From NCBI GenBank assembly GCA_003245875.1, contig QKBW01000067.1, positions 1 through 24,005 on the forward strand: 24,005 nucleotides of DNA. The letters run 5' to 3'. The stretch is from Candidatus Kaiserbacteria bacterium (lineage in GTDB: Bacteria > Patescibacteriota > Minisyncoccia > Phycocordibacterales > UBA918). Below, one piece after another: positions 7,630-16,903 of the stretch. Under the pieces are notes generated by a model that saw nothing but the letters and a program-made list of their open reading frames with translations, was not told the origin of the DNA and made no database searches. The stretch's first letter is position 1. Each line of letters begins with the position of its first letter. The translations under genes and the position numbers were made by a program.

Positions 7630-10404
7630 ATGCCCGAGAATTTTCCACAACGTTTCAACTCTCCCCAAGAGGAGATTGCCTATTTGCGTGAGCGCATAGC
7701 GTCACGCGAGCGCGAACTCACCGTGCATAATCCGGAAGTAAAAAAGCCGGTAGTGGAGGTGGCTGGGAAGCAAGAACTCTTTGAATACGGCACTTTTACA
7801 CCTAACGCCGTACTGAGCAATGAGCATCAGCTTTCTGCTAGTGAGGTTGTTGCGCATACCGAAGTGGTAGCCGCAGCTGCTGATAAGGTCGCTGAGCTTG
7901 TAACCATCGCACAAGAAAAAGGCATTCGTAATGCGCTGTCCGTTTTGGAACGATTGGATGATGCTAGCATTATCGACGATGTACACCGTGAGCTTATCGC
8001 ACATATCCGCGAGGGAGCGCAGATGCAAGACTTGAAGGAAGGTGTGCCACCGTGGCAAGTCCTCCATATGACACTCTTTGAAGTGGCTTTGCCACAATAT
8101 AAAAACGAAGATAATACCAAGCAGTTTGGTGAGTTGGTGGCCTTGATGGAACAGTTTTATGCGGGTATGCAAGGGGTGGGTTATGGAAAGGGTGGAGAGC
8201 ACTTTGTGCTGGAGATAGCGGTTTCCAATAAAAGCGATGACATTATTTTTTATGTAGCGGTGCCAAATGAGTTTGTAAATCTCTTCGAAAAACAAATTCT
8301 CTCACTCTTTCCCAAGGCAGTTTTAACCCCGCAGCTTCACGACTACAACATTTTTGTTCCAAGTGGTACCTCAATTGTGTCGGTTGGTGAATTAAAAAAA
8401 CACCCCATTTATCCACTACGTATGGATGAAGATTTTAAGAATGATCCTCTCGCGGTGTTGCTCAATGCGTTTTCTAAGATTGAGCGTGACGGCGGCGGGG
8501 CAGCGTTGCAGGTGTGTATTCGCACACCAAAACATGATTATGTTGATCGCTATCGCGGCATCATCAAACGTATCAATAAGGGGATGCCAAAGCATGAGGC
8601 TATTCGCCGTGATAGCCTTAGTGGTGAGTTGGTTAGCACTTTCAAAGAAGTATTTATTACCAAGAAAAAAGATGGCGAAGATCCACACGACCCGGACCAC
8701 CAAGCTCTAGAATTATTTGAGAGTAAGATCGGCGCTCCAATTTTAGAAACGAACATTCGCATTGCTGTTTCGGCTGAAAAAGAACATCGCGCCAAACAAA
8801 TACTGCATGAGGTTGAGGCCACCTTTAATCAATTTGAAGAGGTAGAGAGTAACAAGCTCTCGTGGCGGCGCCCTGTGGGCGCCGCCCTGAAGCGTGAGCT
8901 CAAGGCTTTCTCTTTTCGTGAATTCATCAAAGGTGACACACTTCCGTTATCTATTTCCGAATTAGCAACCTTGATCCACTTCCCGAACGACGGCGAGGTA
9001 AGCTCTCCGCAATTCAAGCAGAGTGCCGCAAAAACAGCTGCCGCACCAACCGATATGCCAAATGAAGGCACCTTGCTCGGTATCAATAAGCATCGTGGCG
9101 TTGAGAAGGAGATTTTTGTGACCGACAAAGACCGCTTGCGCCACTTCTACATTATCGGACAGACCGGTACTGGTAAGTCAGTGTTTATGAAGAACATTAT
9201 CATCCAAGATATTTTGGCGGGAGCGGGCGTGTGTATGATCGACCCACACGGAACCGACATCGAAGATGTCTTGGCGGCTGTGCCCCTAGAACGTTTGGAT
9301 GATGTGATCTATTTCGACCCAGCCAATATGGAGCAGGTAGTCGGACTTAACATGTTGGAGTATGACCCGGCCAAGCCTGAACAGAAGACGTTTGTGGTCA
9401 ACGAGCTCTTTTCTATTTTTCAAAAGCTCTATGGTGCCAACCCGGAGAGTATGGGGCCAATGTTTGAACAGTACTTCCGTAACGCCACCTTGCTGGTGAT
9501 GGAAGATCCGGAGAGTGGTAATACCTTGATGGATATTAGTCGTGTGATGAGCGATGCGAAGTATCGCCGACAGAAGCTTGAAAAAGCTCGTAATCCGGTG
9601 GTGACACAATTTTGGAAAGAGATAGCCACCAAAGCTGGTGGAGAGGCGTCACTTGAAAACATTGTACCGTACATTGTTTCTAAGTTTGATGTGTTTACTG
9701 CTAACGACTATATGCGTCCGATTATCGGGCAGCAACATTCCACCTTCAACTTTCGTGACATCATGGATTCACGGAAGATCATGTTGGTCAATCTATCCAA
9801 AGGTCGCCTGGGAGAGATCAATGCCAACCTGATTGGCATGATCATCGTCGGGAAGATATTGATGGCTGCGCTATCGCGAGTTGATACGCCGGGCGGTAAT
9901 TTTCCACCGTTTTATCTCCATATTGACGAGTTCCAAAACGTATCAACTCCATCCATTGCCTCTATTCTTTCGGAAGCGCGCAAGTACAAGCTTGGGCTGA
10001 CCGTCGCGCACCAATTCATTGCTCAACTTGACGACAATATCCGTGATGCAGTCTTTGGTAACGTCGGGTCACTAACTGCCTTCCGAGTTGGTTCGGAGGA
10101 TGCAGATGCATTAGCTCACCAATTTGAGCCTGTTTTCAACGCACACGATCTGATCAATGTACCAAACTACAATGCGTACGCACGTGTCTTGGCCAACGGC
10201 ACACCGACCCGGCCGTTTAGCTTGGCCGCTATGCCGCCGCCAGAGGTCGACTACACCCGTGTACCGGAACTCATTGCACACAGTATGGCCCGCTATGGCC
10301 GCCCGCGCGCAGAGGTTGAGCAAGAGATTGAGCAACGCTACCAAAAACCACAGTCCGAACTCGTTGCTGACAGCCCGTTTAGTTCACTAGAGAGTGGTAT
10401 ATAA
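7630..10404 (+). CDS. VirD4/TraD/TrwB-like (HerA-FtsK superfamily) P-loop ATPase with a large N-terminal extension, 924 aa
   Basis: Walker A GQTGTGKS (9157-9180), CMIDPHG, Walker B YLHIDEFQN (9913-9939), SEARKYKLGLTVAHQ, DAVFGNVGS. No obvious N-terminal TM segment. Start taken as ATG 7630, because the track start overlaps mreB. Confidence 0.85.
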   Translation: MPENFPQRFNSPQEEIAYLRERIASRERELTVHNPEVKKPVVEVAGKQELFEYGTFTPNAVLSNEHQLSASEVVAHTEVVAAAADKVAELVTIAQEKGIRNALSVLERLDDASIIDDVHRELIAHIREGAQMQDLKEGVPPWQVLHMTLFEVALPQYKNEDNTKQFGELVALMEQFYAGMQGVGYGKGGEHFVLEIAVSNKSDDIIFYVAVPNEFVNLFEKQILSLFPKAVLTPQLHDYNIFVPSGTSIVSVGELKKHPIYPLRMDEDFKNDPLAVLLNAFSKIERDGGGAALQVCIRTPKHDYVDRYRGIIKRINKGMPKHEAIRRDSLSGELVSTFKEVFITKKKDGEDPHDPDHQALELFESKIGAPILETNIRIAVSAEKEHRAKQILHEVEATFNQFEEVESNKLSWRRPVGAALKRELKAFSFREFIKGDTLPLSISELATLIHFPNDGEVSSPQFKQSAAKTAAAPTDMPNEGTLLGINKHRGVEKEIFVTDKDRLRHFYIIGQTGTGKSVFMKNIIIQDILAGAGVCMIDPHGTDIEDVLAAVPLERLDDVIYFDPANMEQVVGLNMLEYDPAKPEQKTFVVNELFSIFQKLYGANPESMGPMFEQYFRNATLLVMEDPESGNTLMDISRVMSDAKYRRQKLEKARNPVVTQFWKEIATKAGGEASLENIVPYIVSKFDVFTANDYMRPIIGQQHSTFNFRDIMDSRKIMLVNLSKGRLGEINANLIGMIIVGKILMAALSRVDTPGGNFPPFYLHIDEFQNVSTPSIASILSEARKYKLGLTVAHQFIAQLDDNIRDAVFGNVGSLTAFRVGSEDADALAHQFEPVFNAHDLINVPNYNAYARVLANGTPTRPFSLAAMPPPEVDYTRVPELIAHSMARYGRPRAEVEQEIEQRYQKPQSELVADSPFSSLESGI

Positions 10405-10416
10405 TTAGAGGCGATC

Positions 10417-12750
10417 ATGAACATGACAGAGGGTAAAAAAATATATCAAACTCCAGAAAGTGCATCGAACCAATCGCCTGCAGAAGAACTGCACAGTGAA
10501 TTGGAGCAGTTATATCAAGCTGGATATGAACAGAAGCAATTTGCAGCCAAACAAATTGCCGAAATCCAGGCGTTTGCAAATGGCCGGCCAGATGAGCAGG
10601 AGCTTTTAGCTGAAGCAGAGCGAAAATACGACCGTGTAGTAATGTTGATGTCAATCTATGAGAGGAAGCTAAATGAACTTTCCGTGATTGATATAAACAA
10701 ATCTGATACGCGGGGTAGACAACGTGCTGATATTGAAAGGACTTTTAAAGAACTCAACCAATTTACTGATGAATTACAAAATTGGGCTACTGAGCTCATG
10801 TATGGTGATAGCTTTGCAGAAACAGATGAACAAGTTGTCGTAACGGGTGAGGTACAAACTGAAACCCAGGTTAGTAACGAAGAACAATTACGTATTATGG
10901 AAGAAGTAAGTGTCGAAAATAAAATCAAACAGGAGGAGTTGGCAGCCGATACCTCAGAAGCAACTCAGGCGGAAGTGTTGTCAGCGTCAAAGTTATTTGA
11001 AGGAATCGACATTAATACGTTATTTCACTACGGTAGTGCTGGTCAAACGCCAGAAGACAAAGAATTGTTACAACTGCGGGCACGAGTATTAAGTCGTCAG
11101 CGATTATTACGCAGGCAACTACAAGAGCTTTCTGGTGCAGACGAAGCAAATCGAAGCGAGTTACTCGAGCGGGTACAACATTCTGCTACGTATATACAGG
11201 ATGGTGTTGAAAAAATAACTGGTGCAGCGGAGCGAGGTGGCCAGGGGCAGGAGAACCCTTCAACCCTAACAGCAACCTATGCCGAACCAGCGGTCGGTAC
11301 AGGTTTTGCAGAACCGACCCACCCAGCCATTGCTGGTACCTGGACAAAAGAGCCGTTAGATCAGGAACAGGCTGATCGGGTAGCGATTACTGAACAGTCG
11401 CCAGAAAACGAGATGATTGTTAGTGACCCGCATGATGCTTGGGACCCTAATTCTCCAGAGTTTGCTAATGTATTTGGTCCTGTTGATAAAAATATAGATT
11501 CAGGATTGGATAGTGATGCCGCGCCTGAAAAAGGGGATGCAGATCAACCAGAAGGTAGACGACCACGTTCCGAAGTACAGGAGCAGGTGCGCGCGGAGTG
11601 GTTGGAAGCACGGAAGGAGGCGCAGCGACTCAGTCATGAATTCAATATTGCATACCAACGGCACTACCAGTCGTTGTACGAGGGTAAACTTAAGAGCGTG
11701 TGGAACTCTTCGAAGACGTTTACTCGTGAATTGTTTGGTATTCGCGCTAAGCTGCCGACAGAGCTACAGGATCTGCAAAATGCAGAAACATCCGCACAAA
11801 AGCATTACATCGAGTTGGCTCGAAAAATGGTTGAAGAAAGACGAGGTGACAAGTTTGAGGGATCTGCCCTATATAAGAGGTACCTCTCACAACTTGATTA
11901 TGCGACAGCAATCAATCGCATGAAAGAGCGCAATCTGGCCCAGAAGGAGGCAATTGCCAATAGTCCAAAGTTTAAGACACTGGAGACAATGAAGGCAATC
12001 ATGAAGAGTAAGCCGGCGATGGCTGCTCGTATCGGAGTGTATGGTTTGGTCGGTTTAGCAAGTGGCGGATTGGCTGGCGGTGTTGCAGCACTGGCAAGTA
12101 TTGGTGGGGGTGTTGCGGGTGGTTTACTGGGGCGTTGGGGGTATGGTAAAGCTTTTACAGGGAGAGCGGTGAGGGGGCGTGATAATCTCTTTACTAAGTC
12201 GGCAAGTGCCCTTGATGCTAATGGTTTGGAAAACAGACGAGCCGAGCTTATTGAAGCAATGGCTAAGGTCGACACCAGTGAACGAAGAAAGGAAGTTGCT
12301 GGAGTGATTGGAGCAATTTTAGGAGGCATGGGTGGCCGACTAGCAGCTGATTCCTATTTCAACGCCGCTCCGGTGGTTAATACAGAGACTCCACACGAGC
12401 CGGTACCGCCAAGCGCCCCAACGCCAGTACATGAGGCTGTTCCTTCCGCACCAACCCCAACGCCAGATGTGATACATCATGTACGAGCAGGTGAGAACTT
12501 TTGGGACCTGATGGAAGGAGACAAGGCACCTGTTGACCAACCAGCAGTCTTTCGCGAAGTAGATCCCTCTCACCTGCAGGCTTTGATAGATCTATTGCGA
12601 GACAAGATAAATGCAGATTATTCATTTCGCAGTGCTGTTGGGTTTCGTGGTCCCACTGCTGGACTCATTTACCCCGGTGACACGTTGAATGTAAGTATGC
12701 TTGATACAGCTGCTCGGGATATTGCAACCGCTCAAGGTTGGTTGAAATAA
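10417..12750 (+). CDS. Large hypothetical protein: acidic helical N-terminus, two Gly-rich hydrophobic segments, Pro-rich linker, C-terminal LysM-like domain
   Basis: IGVYGLVGLASGGLAGGVAALASIGGGVAGGLLG (12031-12132); VAGVIGAILGGMGG (12295-12336); HVRAGENFWDL...LIYPGDTLNV (12475-12693) matches the two ends of the LysM consensus. Confidence 0.75.
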   Translation: MNMTEGKKIYQTPESASNQSPAEELHSELEQLYQAGYEQKQFAAKQIAEIQAFANGRPDEQELLAEAERKYDRVVMLMSIYERKLNELSVIDINKSDTRGRQRADIERTFKELNQFTDELQNWATELMYGDSFAETDEQVVVTGEVQTETQVSNEEQLRIMEEVSVENKIKQEELAADTSEATQAEVLSASKLFEGIDINTLFHYGSAGQTPEDKELLQLRARVLSRQRLLRRQLQELSGADEANRSELLERVQHSATYIQDGVEKITGAAERGGQGQENPSTLTATYAEPAVGTGFAEPTHPAIAGTWTKEPLDQEQADRVAITEQSPENEMIVSDPHDAWDPNSPEFANVFGPVDKNIDSGLDSDAAPEKGDADQPEGRRPRSEVQEQVRAEWLEARKEAQRLSHEFNIAYQRHYQSLYEGKLKSVWNSSKTFTRELFGIRAKLPTELQDLQNAETSAQKHYIELARKMVEERRGDKFEGSALYKRYLSQLDYATAINRMKERNLAQKEAIANSPKFKTLETMKAIMKSKPAMAARIGVYGLVGLASGGLAGGVAALASIGGGVAGGLLGRWGYGKAFTGRAVRGRDNLFTKSASALDANGLENRRAELIEAMAKVDTSERRKEVAGVIGAILGGMGGRLAADSYFNAAPVVNTETPHEPVPPSAPTPVHEAVPSAPTPTPDVIHHVRAGENFWDLMEGDKAPVDQPAVFREVDPSHLQALIDLLRDKINADYSFRSAVGFRGPTAGLIYPGDTLNVSMLDTAARDIATAQGWLK

Positions 12751-12762
12751 TAAAATGAATTT

Positions 12763-13083
12763 ATGACAATGGATACACAAGAGCTACTAAATAAAGATAT
12801 TATTTCAGCCATTGGGTTTGATGCACTTTTGCCCGAAGAACAGGATGAATTTATTTCACAAATTGGCACAGTTTTACTAGAGAGCGCACTCACCAAGCTC
12901 ATGGTGGAACTCAATGATGAGCAACTCAAGGCACTCGATTATTATTTGGAGGACGAACCTTCAGCTGATATTTTGCTCAAACACTTATTTGACCAATACC
13001 CACAGTTTGAATCGATTATGCAGGAAGAAACGGTAGCGTTTAAACAAGAGATGTTGGAATTGTTCGAGGAAACGGAAAAGTAA
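12763..13083 (+). CDS. Small acidic helical protein, DUF5663-like (CPR-associated)
   Basis: IGFDALLPEEQDEFISQIG...LNDEQLKAL...YPQFESIMQEETVAFK pattern recalled as DUF5663-like; 26 D/E versus 6 K and no R. Confidence 0.6.
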   Translation: MTMDTQELLNKDIISAIGFDALLPEEQDEFISQIGTVLLESALTKLMVELNDEQLKALDYYLEDEPSADILLKHLFDQYPQFESIMQEETVAFKQEMLELFEETEK

Positions 13084-13097
13084 TGCACAGATTACAA

Positions 13098-13128
13098 CAC
13101 CAGCGGCGGGCTATGCCCGCCGCTGGTG
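13098..13128. repeat. Perfect 14-bp inverted repeat (3-nt loop) immediately upstream of a -10 box
   Basis: CACCAGCGGCGGGC-tat-GCCCGCCGCTGGTG; no U tract; TATACT at 13132-13137. Confidence 0.8.
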
Positions 13129-13143
13129 CTGTATACTACAGGT

Positions 13144-14634
13144 ATGAAGGGAAATGTTCTTGGTTCTTCGAACGCACGGCAATTTGATGTTGCTGATGAA
13201 TCACAAATCATCGGGCTTTTGCAGATGGTGCGACACAGTACACTTGATGATGAAACCAAGGACGATATTCGCGATATTGTTTGTGAATATCAAACTGCAC
13301 ACAAACCGGAACTTTTAGAAGAGCTCCAGTTGTTTGTGCAACCATTGGGTGTTGCAATTGTTGGTGCGGAAGCTCCAGCTACAGATAGTGCACCAAAGGC
13401 TGAAGTGGTAACCGAACAGCCGACTGATGTTTCAGAAGAACTGAAACGTGCGTCGACTATGCCAACTATGGGGCGTATTCGTCCGGTCCCACAATGGCGT
13501 GCAGCCAGTACGACACCTGCGACAGTACGTAAGGTGCCGGTTACCATACGAAGCGTTGCTGATACTGCTCCAACCGCAAAGGAAAAGCCGGAGGTACCAG
13601 TCTCGATTACACCAAAAGCACAAGAACCAGCAACCCCAACACCTCCTGCTGCATCGGTCATGCCAACATCCGAGAGTGTCGTTGCGCAGCCTGCAGTTGT
13701 CAACGAAGTAGAAAATCCTACAGCTTCTGGTGGAGTCACAGATACGCAAACAGCGCAGGCGCGTATCGCCGAGATCAAACGAACGGTGAACACGGCAGTT
13801 GGTAACCCGGTTAATTTGATAGACGTCGACAATGCTGTGGGGCGCGAATACATGGCGGCATTACTCGATGCCATGAAGGCGGCGGTTACTGGTGGTCAAA
13901 CATTAATGACAAGCATGGAACGTTTAGAAAAGGCCTACACCGCTGTAGAGCCATTGCTTCATGTGCCACCAAAAGCACAAGAACCAGCAACCCCAACACC
14001 TCCTGCTACACCAGTCGTATCGACACCGGCGACTAAAACGGTGGTTGAGGAAACCTCTACTACACAAGAACCAGCAACCAAATTATCTCATGACAACGAC
14101 GAGGAGCATATATCCGCTGTCGAGGAGGCATCTCAATTGGACGTAGAGGAACACAAACAGCCTGAGTCGGAAGTAGCGGAGACTACCCAACAACCGATAG
14201 TTATGTCCGGTGAAGCACCAAGAGGCTCAGTAGCTGCTATGGCACGGGCTTCTGCCAAATCAACGCCAAAACCTACGCCTTCTCCCGATACGGAAAAACA
14301 AAAAAGCGACCCGCTTATGAATGAACAGATAACCTCTGGTCTCGCGCAACTATTAAGTGAATGGAAACTTTTCCATAGCAGTGGTGTTTTTGGAACGGGG
14401 CCACACGGCATTGATCACCCGCTGTACCAAGAGATGCGTAATACACCAATGAACGCCATTATCTCTGGTCGTTTTGAGGGTGCAACGCCTGAAATAAGGC
14501 AAAGTGTGACGGATTATATGAACGGTTGGCGATACGAGCAGGGAATGACTCACGACATGCAGGAAACATTTGAGCACTACCTCAGACGTGTCATCAAAAC
14601 CATTATCGACAAGCGTGCAAGCACCATGGCATAA
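13144..14634 (+). CDS. Hypothetical protein (496 aa): three globular-looking blocks separated by Pro/Thr/Ala/Glu-rich linkers
   Basis: ATG 13144 lies 6 nt after TATACT. N-terminal helical block, central helical block (ARIAEIKR...LEKAY), and an aromatic-rich C-terminal block (LLSEWKLF...HPLY...YMNGWRYEQG...FEHYLRRV). No TM or signal peptide seen. Confidence 0.8.
   Translation: MKGNVLGSSNARQFDVADESQIIGLLQMVRHSTLDDETKDDIRDIVCEYQTAHKPELLEELQLFVQPLGVAIVGAEAPATDSAPKAEVVTEQPTDVSEELKRASTMPTMGRIRPVPQWRAASTTPATVRKVPVTIRSVADTAPTAKEKPEVPVSITPKAQEPATPTPPAASVMPTSESVVAQPAVVNEVENPTASGGVTDTQTAQARIAEIKRTVNTAVGNPVNLIDVDNAVGREYMAALLDAMKAAVTGGQTLMTSMERLEKAYTAVEPLLHVPPKAQEPATPTPPATPVVSTPATKTVVEETSTTQEPATKLSHDNDEEHISAVEEASQLDVEEHKQPESEVAETTQQPIVMSGEAPRGSVAAMARASAKSTPKPTPSPDTEKQKSDPLMNEQITSGLAQLLSEWKLFHSSGVFGTGPHGIDHPLYQEMRNTPMNAIISGRFEGATPEIRQSVTDYMNGWRYEQGMTHDMQETFEHYLRRVIKTIIDKRASTMA
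13610..14007 (+). repeat. 41-bp perfect direct repeat (13610-13650 and 13967-14007) encoding PKAQEPATPTPPA; partial third copy at 14063-14079
   Basis: Direct comparison: CACCAAAAGCACAAGAACCAGCAACCCCAACACCTCCTGCT occurs twice, 357 bp apart, in frame. Confidence 0.9.
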
Positions 14635-14641
14635 TGAAGCC

Positions 14642-15205
14642 ATGCATGCGCAAGTGTTTGTTTCTCCATTACTCGATAAGGCTGTACTACCCGAGGCCGT
14701 ACAGCATGAGTCGTTAGACGTCCGTTGGTTTGTTGCAGAACGTCTTGGCATAGACACAGTACATGAGGTGATAGCGGTCGCTTATCAACAACCAGTTACC
14801 GAATCAACTTTAAGCTGTGTGCTGCAGTTCCGGCAGGCGACCAGAGAAGCGCAAAATGCACTTCTGAAGATTCTAGAAGAACCACCGGCAACAACAGTGT
14901 TTTTTGTTTTATTGCCAGATGATTCGATATTGCTACCAACTGTCCGATCACGGGTACTGATTCACACTACAAACACAGAGACTGTACTGACCAGCGACTT
15001 GGTACCGCTGGCCCTAGCTGACCGATTGTCGCGCATAGCTGCAGCAGCAAAGAAGAAAGATGCAACGTGGATGAATCAGGAACTTTCCGCCCTGGTACAA
15101 AACAGTGCGGTACCAAGTCACGTACGATTACGTTTAGCTACCCATAAAGATCAAACTGGCGCATCCAAAAAGATGCTTTTGGAATGGGCTGCGCTCTCAT
15201 GGTGA
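14642..15205 (+). CDS. holB: DNA polymerase III delta' subunit-like, reduced (187 aa)
   Basis: EAQNALLKILEEPP and LLPTVRSR motifs; no Walker A or Zn motif; ATG 14642 follows TG-G-CATAAT by 6 nt. Confidence 0.75.
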   Translation: MHAQVFVSPLLDKAVLPEAVQHESLDVRWFVAERLGIDTVHEVIAVAYQQPVTESTLSCVLQFRQATREAQNALLKILEEPPATTVFFVLLPDDSILLPTVRSRVLIHTTNTETVLTSDLVPLALADRLSRIAAAAKKKDATWMNQELSALVQNSAVPSHVRLRLATHKDQTGASKKMLLEWAALSW

Positions 15206-15244
15206 TATTGAGCGCATGTATTGAGAGTGTTATCATGTATACAT

Positions 15245-15790
15245 ATGGAATTTGCAACATTTGAAACACGTTTAAAAGAGGTTGAAGAATGGTTAGTTCG
15301 CGAGTATTCCGGTATTCGTACTGGGCAGGCCGCGCCTGCTTTGCTTGATGGAGTGAGGGTTGATAATTATGGTTCAATGATGCCGATCAATCAGGTTGGT
15401 TCTGTCAGTATTGAAGATGCGCGTACCTTGCGTGTCGCACCATGGGACGTCGGACAAGTAGCAGCCTTGGAGCGTGCCATTAAGGATGCAGACCTTGGTG
15501 TTTCCATCGCAACCGACTCGTCTGGCTTACGCGTGATTTTTCCGGAATTGACCAGTGACCGCCGTGAACAACTTCTTAAATTGGCGAAGAGCAAATTGGA
15601 AGAGGCTCGTGTTCGGGTGCGTGGCGTGCGTGATGACATAATGAAAGAGCTCGATAAACAAGAAAAGGCAGGTGATTTGAGTGAGGATGAAAAGTTCACC
15701 GCCAAGGAAAATGCACAAAAGACAGTTGATGGTATGAATACTGGACTTGAAGCACTTTTTACCAAAAAGGAAATTGAGATCAAGAAATGA
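15245..15790 (+). CDS. frr: Ribosome recycling factor
   Basis: IRTGQAAPALLDGVRVDNYG, LRVAPWD, LTSDRREQLLK, EEARVRVRGVR; start ATG 15245 lies 8 nt after TG-T-TATCAT. Confidence 0.96.
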   Translation: MEFATFETRLKEVEEWLVREYSGIRTGQAAPALLDGVRVDNYGSMMPINQVGSVSIEDARTLRVAPWDVGQVAALERAIKDADLGVSIATDSSGLRVIFPELTSDRREQLLKLAKSKLEEARVRVRGVRDDIMKELDKQEKAGDLSEDEKFTAKENAQKTVDGMNTGLEALFTKKEIEIKK

Positions 15791-16887
15791 TGTCCGTCTT
15801 TTTATTCCTGCTCGTACTGTTTGTGCTTATATTGGTGCATGAGTGGGGGCATTTTATTGTGGCCAAAAAAACGGGCATGCAGGTTGATGAGTTCGGTATC
15901 GGTTTTCCACCTAAACTCTATGGAAAGAAAATAGGGGAGACAGAGTACACCTTGAACGCACTACCGATCGGTGGCTTCGTACGTATTCTTGGTGAAGACT
16001 CCTTGATGACCGGTGAACATGCCAACGAACATTCCTATGCACGCTCATTCATCGGGAAGTCTAAATGGGTACAAGCGGCAGTATTGTTGGCTGGCGTGAC
16101 CATGAACGTAGTGTTTGCGTGGTCTGTATACCTGATTGTGTTTATGGTCGGAGTACCGACCATTGTCGACGAGACTTCTGCCATCTCCGACGCACAGCTA
16201 GTGGTCACACAAGTTTTGGCAGATGGTCCGGCGGCAACAGCAGGACTTCCTGTTGGTGCGGCAATCACTGGAGTGACAACCGGAGGAGAAACAATCACGG
16301 CGTTAACCCCAAGCTCGTTTCGTACGTTGACGGAAGGATCGACCAACGAAATGGTGGTGACGTACCAGCTTGGTAATACGACCGGCATAGTGACCATGAC
16401 ACCACATGTCGGTTTGATCTCTGATGACCCAGAGCGTCCAGCTGTTGGTATTGGTCTTGGCATGAGTGAAATCGCACACTATTCACTCATTGGTGCACTC
16501 AAAGAAGCAACGATGATCACTTGGCAAATGCTTGTTGCGATCACGGTTGGTTTTGGCCAGTTTTTAGCGGGTGTCTTTACCGGACATGGCGGCCTGCAAG
16601 ATGTGGCCGGACCGATTGGTATTGCCGGTATGGTTGGAGATGCTGCCCAAATTGGTCTGGTATCACTCCTCATGTTTACAGCCATGATCTCGCTTAACCT
16701 CGCGGTGATTAACTTACTGCCATTTCCGGCACTTGATGGCGGCAGACTCCTTTTTGTCTTCATTGAGGCATTTACACGTCGTCCGATCAACCCAACCTGG
16801 GTTGCCCGCCTTAATGCAATCGGCTTTGGTCTCCTCATTCTTCTGATGGTCGTGGTTACATATCATGACATTATTAAGCTCTTTTAA
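15787..16887 (+). CDS. rseP: RseP/RasP family site-2 zinc metalloprotease with PDZ domain
   Basis: HEWGH, FGIGF, LPIGGFV, AGVTMN and NLLPFPALDGG motifs; ATGA overlap with the frr stop. Confidence 0.95.
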   Translation: MMSVFLFLLVLFVLILVHEWGHFIVAKKTGMQVDEFGIGFPPKLYGKKIGETEYTLNALPIGGFVRILGEDSLMTGEHANEHSYARSFIGKSKWVQAAVLLAGVTMNVVFAWSVYLIVFMVGVPTIVDETSAISDAQLVVTQVLADGPAATAGLPVGAAITGVTTGGETITALTPSSFRTLTEGSTNEMVVTYQLGNTTGIVTMTPHVGLISDDPERPAVGIGLGMSEIAHYSLIGALKEATMITWQMLVAITVGFGQFLAGVFTGHGGLQDVAGPIGIAGMVGDAAQIGLVSLLMFTAMISLNLAVINLLPFPALDGGRLLFVFIEAFTRRPINPTWVARLNAIGFGLLILLMVVVTYHDIIKLF

Positions 16888-16903
16888 TTCTTGAATTTTT
16901 GTA

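Noticed and set aside
13098-14079. CRISPR-like array from the palindrome and 41-bp repeats
   Set aside because: Only two full copies, 357 bp apart and in frame within a CDS; no cas genes.
7435-14634. Integrative conjugative element or prophage
   Set aside because: No integrase, relaxase, VirB or phage structural genes and no flanking direct repeats seen; start signals match the surrounding housekeeping genes.
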